Below are positions 40,954-50,685 of a stretch of 64,000 nucleotides of DNA, piece by piece. The notes beneath the pieces were generated by a model. That model searched no databases. It saw only the letters and a list, made by a program, of their open reading frames with translations, and was not told where the DNA came from. The stretch comes from an uncultured delta proteobacterium (lineage in GTDB: Bacteria > Desulfobacterota > Desulfomonilia > UBA1062), in contig CAWAUM010000005.1 of assembly GCA_963785235.1 (NCBI GenBank), positions 561,143 to 625,142 of the forward strand, written 5' to 3'. How positions within the stretch are numbered: the stretch's first letter is position 1; every line of letters begins with the position of its first letter. Position numbers and translations under genes: made by a program.

Positions 40954-41628
40954 ATGAAAAAGATGGCTAGTCTTATAGAGAAAAAACGACAGTACACACG
41001 GGACATGATCATCGAGGCGGCTGAGGAGCTTTTCAGCCAGCACGGATACCACAACACCCAGATCATGGACATCGTCAAGTCCGTGGGCATGTCGGCCGGA
41101 ACATTCTATAATTACTTCAAGGATAAGCGAGACCTGTTCGAGCAGATCACCAGCCATAACCTGGAGGAACTCCGCTTCCGCATCAAAAAACTCAGGGAGC
41201 CGGTAAACATCTGGGACCATGGTGACAGGGTGGACAAGCTCAACCAGAGCTATGGCGCTTACTTCGACTACATAACCACACACCGCCAGCAGTTTCTCAT
41301 GGTGCTCCGCGGCAGCTTCGGTGTGGACGAAGAAATGGACAACACCATCTGGAAACATTACAGCGACATCGCCTTGGACCTTGCCGAAGACATTCAGAAC
41401 TGGCTGGATATGGGCGTCATAGAAGGCGTCGATCCGGTTACCATGGCCTATGCCGTGGTGGGCATGACCATGCATCTCGGCCATAGCTTCCTCATGGAGG
41501 AAAAATTCACCCGTGAAAAGGCGATTGCTACCCTGACCACCATGAGCCATCTCATGTTCGAAACCCATATGACCCAGGCAGGAAGAAAGGCCCTTGAAGA
41601 TCTGCAGAAAAACAAAACGGAGGTTTAA
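40954..41628 (+). CDS. TetR-family regulator 2, close paralog of regulator 1
   Basis: GYHNTQIMDIVKSVGMSAGTFYNYFKDKRDLFE almost identical to 36203-36877. Confidence 0.93.
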   Translation: MKKMASLIEKKRQYTRDMIIEAAEELFSQHGYHNTQIMDIVKSVGMSAGTFYNYFKDKRDLFEQITSHNLEELRFRIKKLREPVNIWDHGDRVDKLNQSYGAYFDYITTHRQQFLMVLRGSFGVDEEMDNTIWKHYSDIALDLAEDIQNWLDMGVIEGVDPVTMAYAVVGMTMHLGHSFLMEEKFTREKAIATLTTMSHLMFETHMTQAGRKALEDLQKNKTEV

Positions 41629-41631
41629 GGG

Positions 41632-42864
41632 ATGAAGAACACTGACCATCAGGCGGCCTGCAATCAGGCCCTGGCCCGCATCATCGGCAGGAGCATAAGA
41701 TCGTCGGGCTCCAGGACATTGATTGCCGAGATTGTGAAGGAATCCATCGGCAACTGGGCCAAAGACAGCAATTTGAAGAAAAAGATTGCTGCCCCTGCCC
41801 TGTGGGTAGCCTCCAGGCTGGGTAAACCGGGAACGGACGGACAGGATGCAGGCACGGCAGCCGATATGGGGACCCTCCTGACCGAACTGGCCCGGAAGGT
41901 CAATGTAGCTCGAAAAGTTGACCAGCCATGCCAGACCGGTACGAATGGAGCATCCATCGACGCCTTCCTCAGAAACACCGATTTTGGCGAGATCCTTGAG
42001 ATGGTGGAAGGGGCCGATCCCCATGTGATCGAGGGCATCCGCACCTTCAATGAACAGCTCTGGAAGTACCCGGCAAAGGTAGGTTCACTGGCTATGGCCG
42101 CCAATGCGCTCCTCAACACCTCCATCAAAGCCACCTGTGAAGCCCTGAAGCCCATCGACGAACAGTTCAGCCCGGATCTCCTGGCAGACCTCCTGCTTTC
42201 GACCGTGAGGGAAATCAAAGGAGCGAATGTGGCCATGCTCGTCAATACCGTGTGCGAGCTCATCAGGAGGATCCACACCGGCAGCCTCCGGCTGGGCAAA
42301 GGTGGCAGGCCGCTATTTCAGATGTATCTCGCCGGCCTCCTGAATGACTGCTTCCCCGTGATAAAACCCGACCTTCTGAAAAAGGCCCGGATCGCGCTGG
42401 CCGAGGACACAGAGGCCTATGCCAATGCCCTGTCGGATGCAATGAAAGCCAATCCCTCCATTCTCCTGTCTATCCTGTCCTCCATGGGCGCGGTCAGAAG
42501 CTCCCGGGCACGGGCACTGTCCAGGAAGCTCAGGTCCGTGGAAGAGGCCGATCAGGCTGGACTGGATGCTGCCGTGTCCGAAAGCGTGTCGGATTTCGAC
42601 ACCTATGAGGTTGCCGGGCTGATAAATACCGCATGCAGCGTTCTGGAAAGGATCCATCAGGCCAGGCCGGATATCATGACCAGCCTGGCAGGCGGAATCG
42701 TGGATTCTGTGGATACGGAACAGGTAAAACGGATCTGCGCATGGCTGATCCCGGACCTGGTGGATGCCATCAGACCCCTTGTCCCGGTCATCATGCCGGA
42801 AATCATCAGAGGGCTTCATGATCTAACCAGCCCCCTGTACGCTGCCGCAGGGGGTGAGCAATGA
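41632..42864 (+). CDS. Large helical hypothetical protein
   Basis: 410 aa, amphipathic helical units, coupled to the next gene. Confidence 0.75.
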   Translation: MKNTDHQAACNQALARIIGRSIRSSGSRTLIAEIVKESIGNWAKDSNLKKKIAAPALWVASRLGKPGTDGQDAGTAADMGTLLTELARKVNVARKVDQPCQTGTNGASIDAFLRNTDFGEILEMVEGADPHVIEGIRTFNEQLWKYPAKVGSLAMAANALLNTSIKATCEALKPIDEQFSPDLLADLLLSTVREIKGANVAMLVNTVCELIRRIHTGSLRLGKGGRPLFQMYLAGLLNDCFPVIKPDLLKKARIALAEDTEAYANALSDAMKANPSILLSILSSMGAVRSSRARALSRKLRSVEEADQAGLDAAVSESVSDFDTYEVAGLINTACSVLERIHQARPDIMTSLAGGIVDSVDTEQVKRICAWLIPDLVDAIRPLVPVIMPEIIRGLHDLTSPLYAAAGGEQ

Positions 42865-43994
42865 TCGATGTCATGAAAGAGATTGCAGGCACCCTGCACA
42901 ATAGTTTTGTCAGAGAGTGGAAAGAGGCCGGCGGCAAGGTCGTGGGATACTCGTGCACCTTCATCCCCGAGGAAATCCTCCATGCGGCAGGGGTTCTGCC
43001 CTTCAGGCTGCGCGGTATCGGAACGACTTCGCTGTCCATCGGGGATTCCTACTATGGAGCGGTGAACTGCAGCGTGCCCAAGTGCATCCTACAGCTTGCC
43101 GGCCAGGGATCATACAATTTCCTCGACGGCTCCATCATCACGAACGGCTGCGACTCCATGCGCAGGCTCGATGAGTGCTGGCGGACCGCAGGCAAGGACT
43201 ATCCCGGCACATTGCCGGACTACCACGAATATTTCGCTGTCCCCCACAAGTCGGTGGATTACAGTGTGGATTTTTATGAAGAAGAGCTGAGAAGAATGAT
43301 TGGAACCCTTGAAAATCATTTCAAGGTCAAAATTTCAGACCAGGCCCTGAAAAAGTCCATCAAACTCTACAATACCGTGAGGAAGACACTCCGGAAGCTC
43401 GACGAGCTGAGATACCGCAGTGATGTGGCCATCTCGGGCGAAGACGCCATGGCTGTACTCATCGCTGCCCACGCGATCCCACCAGAGCGGTTCATGGGCT
43501 TGCTCGAAGAGATCATAGAAAAGCTCAAAGCAGCTACCTCCCTGTCGGATGGGAAGAAACGCCTCATGCTCATGGGGAGCGCCAGCGATGACCTTGATTT
43601 CATCAGGGTCATCGAGGATTCGGGGGCCATCGTGGTGGCGGATACCGTGTGCTTCGGTTCGCGCACATACAGCTCCCTTGTGGATGAGAAAGCAGACCCG
43701 GTCCACGCGTTATCTGCCCACTACCTGAACAACAGCATCTGCCCCCGCATGCTTGGGTATTACAAGAGCAGAAATGCATTCGTCACCGCTTTGATCAAGA
43801 AGGCAAAGGTTGACGGCGTCATCCTGCAGAACGTGCGCTTCTGCGACCTCCACGGCTCGGAAAACAGCATCTTCGAGCGGGACTTCGAGGCTCAAGGAAT
43901 CCCCTGTCTGAAGCTGGAACGGGAGTACGGACCCCTTTCCGAGACCGGCAGGATAAGGATGCGCATCGATGCGTTCATGGAGAGAATATCGTGA
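42861..43994 (+). CDS. 2-hydroxyacyl-CoA dehydratase / benzoyl-CoA reductase family Fe-S subunit (beta/C-like)
   Basis: GYSCTFIPEEILHAAG, NGCDSMRR, CFGSR, CPRM, FCDLH, RIDAFME. Confidence 0.9.
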   Translation: MIDVMKEIAGTLHNSFVREWKEAGGKVVGYSCTFIPEEILHAAGVLPFRLRGIGTTSLSIGDSYYGAVNCSVPKCILQLAGQGSYNFLDGSIITNGCDSMRRLDECWRTAGKDYPGTLPDYHEYFAVPHKSVDYSVDFYEEELRRMIGTLENHFKVKISDQALKKSIKLYNTVRKTLRKLDELRYRSDVAISGEDAMAVLIAAHAIPPERFMGLLEEIIEKLKAATSLSDGKKRLMLMGSASDDLDFIRVIEDSGAIVVADTVCFGSRTYSSLVDEKADPVHALSAHYLNNSICPRMLGYYKSRNAFVTALIKKAKVDGVILQNVRFCDLHGSENSIFERDFEAQGIPCLKLEREYGPLSETGRIRMRIDAFMERIS

Positions 43995-44073
43995 GGACTG
44001 ATGAAATTGCACGACCCCCTCTTCCCAATCCTCTCCCTCAAGGGCCGAGGAAGTTTAGATCCAGGAGGTTTTC

Positions 44074-44313
44074 ATGTGTGAAGTAAATAAGATCGAGGTT
44101 GCAATGGAAGTGCTGGGCGAAATTGCCATGGACGACAGCAGGATGCTGGCGGAAAGACAGCGGGCCATCGATGCGCTCACCCTCTTCAAGGAATCATTGA
44201 AGATGCTGGAGCACATCGCCCGCAAAACTGAACTGGACGTCCTGAAGCAGCGTGCCGGGCTCTATATCCAGCGCATAAAAGCCGGGGCGCATATCAGCAT
44301 GTCGGGAGTGTGA
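44074..44313 (+). CDS. Small hypothetical protein
   Basis: 79 aa, AGGAGG RBS. Confidence 0.65.
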   Translation: MCEVNKIEVAMEVLGEIAMDDSRMLAERQRAIDALTLFKESLKMLEHIARKTELDVLKQRAGLYIQRIKAGAHISMSGV

Positions 44314-44326
44314 GAAAGGGGTCGCC

Positions 44327-45733
44327 ATGAAAAGAGAAACGAAAGAATATAACTTCGACTGGATGCTCTGGTCCATGCTCGTCTCGGGGAGCAAGGTCAT
44401 GGACGGGACGAGGAAGGAATACGATGCCCTTCTCCGTCTCATACCCCATTTCAGGGACGTCATCGATCTCCTCTTAAAGCAGGGGGAGACCGGCAAGCTC
44501 TTCATGAAGATGAGCGCAGAGTATCTCGATGACATCAAGACCGTGCACGAGAAGGGGAAGAAGCTCTGCTTCGGCACATTCGTTGCCTCCAAAGCCTTGT
44601 ACTATGCCTTTGAGAACGTGGTGCCTGTATGGGCCGAGATCATGACCGTGCTGGCCACCATGATTTTCAGGAAGGGAACAGCTGAATACATGGACTTCTG
44701 CTGCGAGGCAGGGTTCACCGAGACATCGTGCTCCGCCCAGCGCGGATCGGTAGGCGCCTACCTGGCAGGCCTTGCGGAACGTCCGGATTTCCTCATCTGT
44801 GGGGCGTCCGGCATCTGTGATACCAATGCCAATGCCATGCAGTTCATGTCCTCATACCTCGATATCCCGCTCTTCCAGCTCACCTTCCCCTCAAAGCTGA
44901 CTGGCAGGGATATCGACGAATACCAGCGCAAGGATTACCGGGCATTGATCTCCTTTATAGAAGAGCAGACAGGCTCTCGCCTGGACGAGAACAGACTCAG
45001 GTCAGTGCTTGAGGAGCACAAGCGGCAGGACACGATCATCAGCGAGATCTATGACCTGGTGAGGCTCAAGCCCTGCCCCATGCCGCCCATTTTCAACCTG
45101 TTCCTGTATGCAGGGAAGCTCCATATGCCGGGGAGAAAATCCTTCACAACCGTGCTCGAATCCATGCTGGCAGACGTGCGCAGGAATGCACAGGCAGGCA
45201 GGGCCGGGACCTCTTCCGGAAAGGAACGGGCACGGCTCCTCATGTGCTACATAGACCATTACACCACGGACGGCCGCTTCTGGCAATGGGTCGACGCTCA
45301 GGATATCAGCCTCATGCCCACGCTCATCTTCACCTTCTTCAACAAGGGCGTAAACTACGCTGAAGGCCGAGAAGACCAGACCTATGAGATCGATACCTCC
45401 ACCATGGACACCATGCTCGACTCGCTGGCGGACATTAACTCGCACATGCCCATGGTCAAGCAGCTCAGGGGCCCGTATGACGCCGCAGGCCAATGGCGGG
45501 AGGACCTTTTCTTCATGACCAGGATCATGCAGCCCGATCTGGCGGTCTACCTCGGCAGCATGGGATGCCGTAACAGTTATGGGGTAAACAAGCTTATCGA
45601 GCGCGATGCCGAACGATCCGGCCTGCCCACCCTGCTCCTGTTCGCCGATGCCTTTGACGACAGGGTCGCCTCCTGGGATTTCTGCATGGACAAGATGAAC
45701 GAGTTCATGCACGTGAGGGGGATCCTTGCATGA
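44327..45733 (+). CDS. 2-hydroxyacyl-CoA dehydratase / benzoyl-CoA reductase family Fe-S subunit (alpha/B-like)
   Basis: ETSCSAQRG, ICDTN, GCRNS, LPTL...DAFDDR. Confidence 0.87.
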   Translation: MKRETKEYNFDWMLWSMLVSGSKVMDGTRKEYDALLRLIPHFRDVIDLLLKQGETGKLFMKMSAEYLDDIKTVHEKGKKLCFGTFVASKALYYAFENVVPVWAEIMTVLATMIFRKGTAEYMDFCCEAGFTETSCSAQRGSVGAYLAGLAERPDFLICGASGICDTNANAMQFMSSYLDIPLFQLTFPSKLTGRDIDEYQRKDYRALISFIEEQTGSRLDENRLRSVLEEHKRQDTIISEIYDLVRLKPCPMPPIFNLFLYAGKLHMPGRKSFTTVLESMLADVRRNAQAGRAGTSSGKERARLLMCYIDHYTTDGRFWQWVDAQDISLMPTLIFTFFNKGVNYAEGREDQTYEIDTSTMDTMLDSLADINSHMPMVKQLRGPYDAAGQWREDLFFMTRIMQPDLAVYLGSMGCRNSYGVNKLIERDAERSGLPTLLLFADAFDDRVASWDFCMDKMNEFMHVRGILA

Positions 45734-46512
45734 TAACAGCTGGCTGCGATGTCGGTTCACTTACCACCAAGGCAGTTATCCTGAACGAGTCTCGGATACT
45801 CGGCCAGGCACTCATCAAGTCGACCTTCGATCCTGAAATATCGGCTGCCGAGGTTATGGAAAAAGCTCTTGCTTCAGCCCGGCTCACCATGGGCGATATC
45901 GGTTTCTGCGTGGGAACGGGATACGGCAGGGAGCGTATCGGCTTCGTAAAGAAGACCTTTTCCGAGATCACCTGCCATGCAAAGGGCGTCCACTTCCTGC
46001 ACCCGTCCATCCGCACCATCATCGACGTGGGCGGCCAGGACTGCAAGGCAATTCGCCTGGATGCAAAAGGCGAGATCGAGAAATTCATCACCAACGACAA
46101 GTGCGCCTCCGGCACCGGCAGGTTCCTGGAGGTCATGGCTAAGCTCCTGGGCGTGGACCTTGAAGACCTGGGCAGAATTTCCGGCCAGGCAGCAGCCCCC
46201 ATCACCCTTGCGGGGGCATGTACGGTATGGGCCCAGGCCGAGGTAGTAGTGCACCTCAACACAGGCAGGCCCAAGGCCGATGTGGCCGCCGGCATCAACG
46301 AGGCCATGGCATCACGTATCGCCATCCTGGCCAAGGCCGTGGGGATCGAGAAGGATGTATGCATGTCAGGCGGCGTGGCAAAGAATGCGGGGGTGATGGC
46401 AGCCATGGAAAAGCAGCTGGACCTCCCCATACGCAGGCTCAAGGTTGACCCCCAGCTGATGGGAGCCCTGGGCGCTGCGGTGATCGCCCGAGAAAAGGCA
46501 GGGGGAAAATGA
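45730..46512 (+). CDS. ASKHA ATPase activator (HgdC/BcrAD-like) 1
   Basis: GCDVGSLTTK, TGYGR, EITCHAKG, DVGGQD, NDKCASGTGRFLE, CTVWA, GGVAKN. Confidence 0.93.
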   Translation: MITAGCDVGSLTTKAVILNESRILGQALIKSTFDPEISAAEVMEKALASARLTMGDIGFCVGTGYGRERIGFVKKTFSEITCHAKGVHFLHPSIRTIIDVGGQDCKAIRLDAKGEIEKFITNDKCASGTGRFLEVMAKLLGVDLEDLGRISGQAAAPITLAGACTVWAQAEVVVHLNTGRPKADVAAGINEAMASRIAILAKAVGIEKDVCMSGGVAKNAGVMAAMEKQLDLPIRRLKVDPQLMGALGAAVIAREKAGGK

Positions 46513-47298
46513 TGCTGACAGCAGGATGCGACATCGGATCTTTGAGCGCCAAGGCAGTGATCATGGACGGTGAAAATATTATCGCCTCCCATGTTATTTT
46601 TGCAAAACCCGAACCGGAAGAGTCTGCCCATGCGGTCATGAGCAGCGCCCTGGACAAGGCCGGGCTGTCCATGGAAGACATCACCTATTGTGTGGGAACC
46701 GGCTATGGCAGGAATGCTATCCCCTTTGCCCAGGTAGCGGAGTCGGAGATCACCTGCCATGGGAAAGGCGGCCCAGTGGCTCAATCCCCAGGTCCGCATG
46801 GTGATAGACATAGGCGGCCAGGACGCCAAGGCCATCAGGGTCGATGAAACCGGCAAGGTGGTCCGCTATGCCTACAACGACCGGTGCGCATCCGGTACGG
46901 GCAGGTTCCTGGAGGTCATGGCGGGAGCCATGGGCATAAAGATCGATGCCATGGGCGAACTGTCTTCCCAGGCCAAGAACCCGGTACTGCTCTCGAACCA
47001 GTGCGTGGTCTTCGCCGAGACCGAAATCATCTCGCTCCTCAATGCTGGGAGGGACCTGCCCGACATCGTGGGTGGATTGCACCGGGCCCTGGCCCACCGG
47101 GTGGCATCCCTGGCCAGGAGCATCGACCTTGAAAGCGGAATTACCATGACCGGCGGCGTGGCAAAGAACCAGGGCATGTTCTTGGCGCTGGAAGAGGCAC
47201 TCGGGATCAAGCTGATATCCCTGGATACGGACCCCCAGATCATCGGCGCCGTGGGGGCGGCACTCATGGCCCGGCAGGCTGTTATGGAGAAGGCATAA
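46509..47298 (+). CDS. ASKHA ATPase activator 2 with a frameshift near 46768
   Basis: GCDIGS, TGYGR, EITCHGKG, then in the next frame DIGGQD, NDRCASGTGRFLE, CVVFA. Confidence 0.88.
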
Positions 47299-47305
47299 AA
47301 ACGCT

Positions 47306-48043
47306 ATGGAGCTCTTTACGGACACCATCTCCGGCGTACGCACCTTGCTTGCACAGACACCCGGCAGGAGGTCATGGCCTGCTGCCGGCGCATCAGCTTG
47401 GCCTGCCGGCGGCGGAAGAAACATCGTGATGAAGGAAGACATGGGACTTGAGTTGGGCAGTCCCCAGATGGAATCCCTGTCCTGCCTCCTGTGGACCCAT
47501 GACCAGGCTGCAATCGAAGACGGGAGAATCACCCTGGTGGGACCGGATTTTCCGGAAAGCCAGGGCATGAGCCTCCCCTTCGGCAAGGTGGTGCTGGCCG
47601 CAGTGGATGGCTTCACCGAAGACAATGCCTATGATCAGCACAAGGACCTGGATTTTCTCCGGTACAGCATCGACCTGAAGGGCTTCATGATGAGATCCGT
47701 TTCCCAGTACATGAGGGAGTGGTGCAGGGTCAGCACGGTGGCCATCCGGGACGGCTTTTCCGTCCGGACCCTCGGCTCGGAGCTCATCCGGCTCTTTCAC
47801 ACCAAGCCCTTTGTGAAGGCCGTGGAGGTGATCTATCTCACCTCCAGTCCGGACGATGTGGTGAGGCTCAGGGAGATCACCTCCCCTGCGGAGAGGATTA
47901 TCGGAGCCATGAACAAGATGGCAGCAGAGATGGATTTCGAATGTTCCTCCTGTGACTACCAGGATGTATGCGATGAGGCCGATGGACTCAAGGGCATGAG
48001 GGATAAGCTTATGGAAAAATCAAAAGAGACTCTGCATGGCTGA
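47306..48043 (+). CDS. Acetyl-CoA synthase (AcsB/CdhC) middle-domain-like protein with C-terminal Cys motif
   Basis: ELGSP, EDGRITLVGPD, LPFG, GFMMR, WCRVS..AI..GF resemble the ACS middle domain; ends CSSCDYQDVC; too short for the A-cluster domain. Confidence 0.7.
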   Translation: MELFTDTISGVRTLLAQTPGRRSWPAAGASAWPAGGGRNIVMKEDMGLELGSPQMESLSCLLWTHDQAAIEDGRITLVGPDFPESQGMSLPFGKVVLAAVDGFTEDNAYDQHKDLDFLRYSIDLKGFMMRSVSQYMREWCRVSTVAIRDGFSVRTLGSELIRLFHTKPFVKAVEVIYLTSSPDDVVRLREITSPAERIIGAMNKMAAEMDFECSSCDYQDVCDEADGLKGMRDKLMEKSKETLHG

Positions 48044-49205
48044 CACAACAAAGGATATCTTCAGAGCGCTGAAGACCCTTGCTGGAGGGATTCCCCCCTC
48101 GCCCGCGTTGCTGCCGGATTTCCTTCTGGATGCTGCAGGGGGTTTATGCAGTGCCAGGGGGCGCATCAGCAGCCTTACAAATTTCGAGAGGATGCTGGTA
48201 ACCCTGCGGCACAAGGAGCCTGACCATGTCCCGTGCTGCCCCATAATTTGCGGCGCAGGCAGACGGCTTATCGGAAACACCTACGCGGAATTCTGCGCCG
48301 ACCCCATAATAGCTGCCGAGTCCTTCGTGGCCGGCTTCAATCTCATCGGCGGTGACGGTATAGTCGCGCTGGTTGACCTCTCAATAGAGGCCGCTGATTT
48401 CGGCCAGAGGCTTATTTACCCGGACAACTCCACCGCACATCCCGACTACGCAAACCCCGTGATCAAGAATATCCAAGGTTACCGGAAGCTCAAGCCAATA
48501 GATTTCAATCATGCCATACGCATGCAGGGGTATGCAAAAGCGCTGTCCATAATGGTTCGCCGGATAGGCTTGAAGGGATTTGTAGCAGGCTTTCTCTTCG
48601 GCCCGCTGGGTGTGCTCAACATGATGCGGGGGACACAGGAACTCTTCAAGGACTGTGTTACTAATCCGGAAGATGTCATGGCAGCGTGTGAGACCATCAC
48701 GGGTGCGCTCATTGAATTTGCAGAAGCGCAATGCGACGCCGGGGTGGTTATGGTTGTAATCGACACCCTCTTTGCATCATGGAACGGGTTGTCCAAGGAG
48801 CTCTGGGAAAAGATCGAGGGGCCGTTTGCACGGGAAATCGCCTCGGCAGTCAGAAGAAAAGGTTGCCTGGTTGGGGTGCACAACTGCGGTCACGGGATAT
48901 ATTTCGATGCACAGATTCGAAGCATGGAACCCTGTGCAATAAGCTTCGCACACCTCCCGGACGACTGTTCGAGCCGTAAGGAGCTGAAGAAGCGCTATGG
49001 AGACCACATCGTGCTCATCGGCATGATTGACACCCCGCTGCTGACCCGCGGCACCCCTTACGATGTCATGACCGAATGCAGGAAACAGATCGATGACCTC
49101 GCTCCCGGCGGGGGTTATATCCTTTCACCCGGCTGCGAGTTCCCCCAGAATGCCCCCCTTGAAAATGCCTATGCCATGGTCAAGGCGGCAGAGCTGTATG
49201 GATGA
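48036..49205 (+). CDS. MtaA/CmuA-type (uroporphyrinogen decarboxylase fold) corrinoid methyltransferase
   Basis: DLSIEAADFG, GPL, VHNCG (HxC), YILSPGCE zinc-ligand pattern. Confidence 0.87.
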   Translation: MADTTKDIFRALKTLAGGIPPSPALLPDFLLDAAGGLCSARGRISSLTNFERMLVTLRHKEPDHVPCCPIICGAGRRLIGNTYAEFCADPIIAAESFVAGFNLIGGDGIVALVDLSIEAADFGQRLIYPDNSTAHPDYANPVIKNIQGYRKLKPIDFNHAIRMQGYAKALSIMVRRIGLKGFVAGFLFGPLGVLNMMRGTQELFKDCVTNPEDVMAACETITGALIEFAEAQCDAGVVMVVIDTLFASWNGLSKELWEKIEGPFAREIASAVRRKGCLVGVHNCGHGIYFDAQIRSMEPCAISFAHLPDDCSSRKELKKRYGDHIVLIGMIDTPLLTRGTPYDVMTECRKQIDDLAPGGGYILSPGCEFPQNAPLENAYAMVKAAELYG

Positions 49206-49876
49206 AAAGAGGGACCCGGATGAGTAAGAGAGAAGTTGGACTTATGGAAAAAATTAAAGCAGCGGTAGCTGCTTACCAGGTGGATGAAACCGTGGCGCTG
49301 ACGACCAGGGCAATGGATACCGGTCTTTCCATGAAAGAGGTGCGCCACGCCATCCTTGATGGTCTCAACACTCTCAGAAAGACTTTAATGTCGAATCATA
49401 CCTCATTGCCCGAATTCCTCCTGTGTATTGACGCAGCAACACAGGGTCTGGCAAAACTCTCTGAATTCGGAGACACCGGAGATAAGGAGACTATGACCGT
49501 TGTTATAGGAGTTGTCGAGGGTGACCCTCACGATCTGGGCAAGAGCATAATTTCGGGGGTCTACAGGGCGTGCGGCTACAGGGTAGTTGACCTGGGTGTG
49601 CAGGTAAAGACAGTTGAGTTCGAGCGTGCGGTTGTAGAAAACAAGGCCGATATCCTGGCCCTGTCGGCCATGATGTCCACTACCATGGCCTGTATGCCGG
49701 ACATAATCAGAACGATAAAACAGACGTGCCCCGAGACGGTTATCATGGTAGGCGGAGCCCCCCTGGACCGGCAACTGGCAGAAAAATACGGGGCGGATGG
49801 TTATGCGCAATCAGCGATCACTGTCCTCGAGGAGACAGAAACCGCCCTGGGAAAAAACACGAGAGGTATTGCATGA
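49202..49876 (+). CDS. Corrinoid (B12-binding) protein
   Basis: GDPHDLGK (DxHxxG), DLG, LSAMMSTT, MVGGAP, GADGY. Confidence 0.93.
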   Translation: MKRGTRMSKREVGLMEKIKAAVAAYQVDETVALTTRAMDTGLSMKEVRHAILDGLNTLRKTLMSNHTSLPEFLLCIDAATQGLAKLSEFGDTGDKETMTVVIGVVEGDPHDLGKSIISGVYRACGYRVVDLGVQVKTVEFERAVVENKADILALSAMMSTTMACMPDIIRTIKQTCPETVIMVGGAPLDRQLAEKYGADGYAQSAITVLEETETALGKNTRGIA

Positions 49877-50643
49877 CTGATACAAAGATTATCGCGCTGT
49901 GCGGCAAGGGGGGTGTCGGCAAGACCTCTATCTCGGCCCTCATGGTGAAGCTGCTGGCCTGCGGGAACGGGCGGAAGATCCTCGCCATAGATGCGGATCC
50001 GGCAGTGGGCCTGGCATCGGCCCTGGGCATTACAGTGAAAAAAACCGTAGACGACATCAGGAAGGGACTCATTGCAGACATCCGGAAAGGCGAGCCCCAG
50101 GGGAGCAAGGAGACGCTCAAGCTCCTGGACTATGAGGTCTTTGATGCCCTCCATGAACGTGACGGATATGCCCTTCTTGCCATCGGCAGGCCCGAGGATG
50201 AAGGATGCTTCTGCAAGGTGAACAACCTCCTCAAGGACATCATAGGTGATCTGGCCGGCAGGTTCGACATCGTGCTCATCGATGGCGAGGCCGGCATCGA
50301 GCAAATCAACAGGCGGGTGATGAAGACCGTGGATTACCTGGTTCTGGTGTCGGACACCTCGGTCAAGGGACTTGGCGTTGCAAATACAATAGCGCACGTT
50401 GCGAACGAGAAGAAGGCAGTGGACTTCAAGAGCATGGGGCTCGTTCTCAACAGGGTGAGAAACCAGACAGAGGTGGACGACATCAGGCGCAGAACAGACC
50501 TTGAAATGTACGGATGGCTCGACGACGATGACCTGATCAGATCGTTCGACTTCAGAGGCGACCCGCTTACCGGCATGCCTGAAAACTCACCTGCGCTCTT
50601 AAAGGTTGCATACATCCTGGAGAAGATCGGATTAATGCCATGA
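49873..50643 (+). CDS. cooC: CooC/AcsF-type nickel-insertion ATPase
   Basis: GKGGVGKT, IDADP, EGCFC (CxC), DGEAGIEQ. Confidence 0.87.
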   Translation: MTDTKIIALCGKGGVGKTSISALMVKLLACGNGRKILAIDADPAVGLASALGITVKKTVDDIRKGLIADIRKGEPQGSKETLKLLDYEVFDALHERDGYALLAIGRPEDEGCFCKVNNLLKDIIGDLAGRFDIVLIDGEAGIEQINRRVMKTVDYLVLVSDTSVKGLGVANTIAHVANEKKAVDFKSMGLVLNRVRNQTEVDDIRRRTDLEMYGWLDDDDLIRSFDFRGDPLTGMPENSPALLKVAYILEKIGLMP

Positions 50644-50685
50644 AAACGTCACATTGCCCATCATCAATGCGCTTGAAAGGAGGGC

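Noticed and set aside
40906-46856. Long antisense ORFs (40906-42024, 45002-45760, 45705-46856)
   Set aside because: Shadow frames of well-supported plus-strand genes
47306-50643. Canonical Wood-Ljungdahl acs cluster
   Set aside because: No CODH, AcsC/D or AcsE, and the ACS-like protein lacks the A-cluster domain
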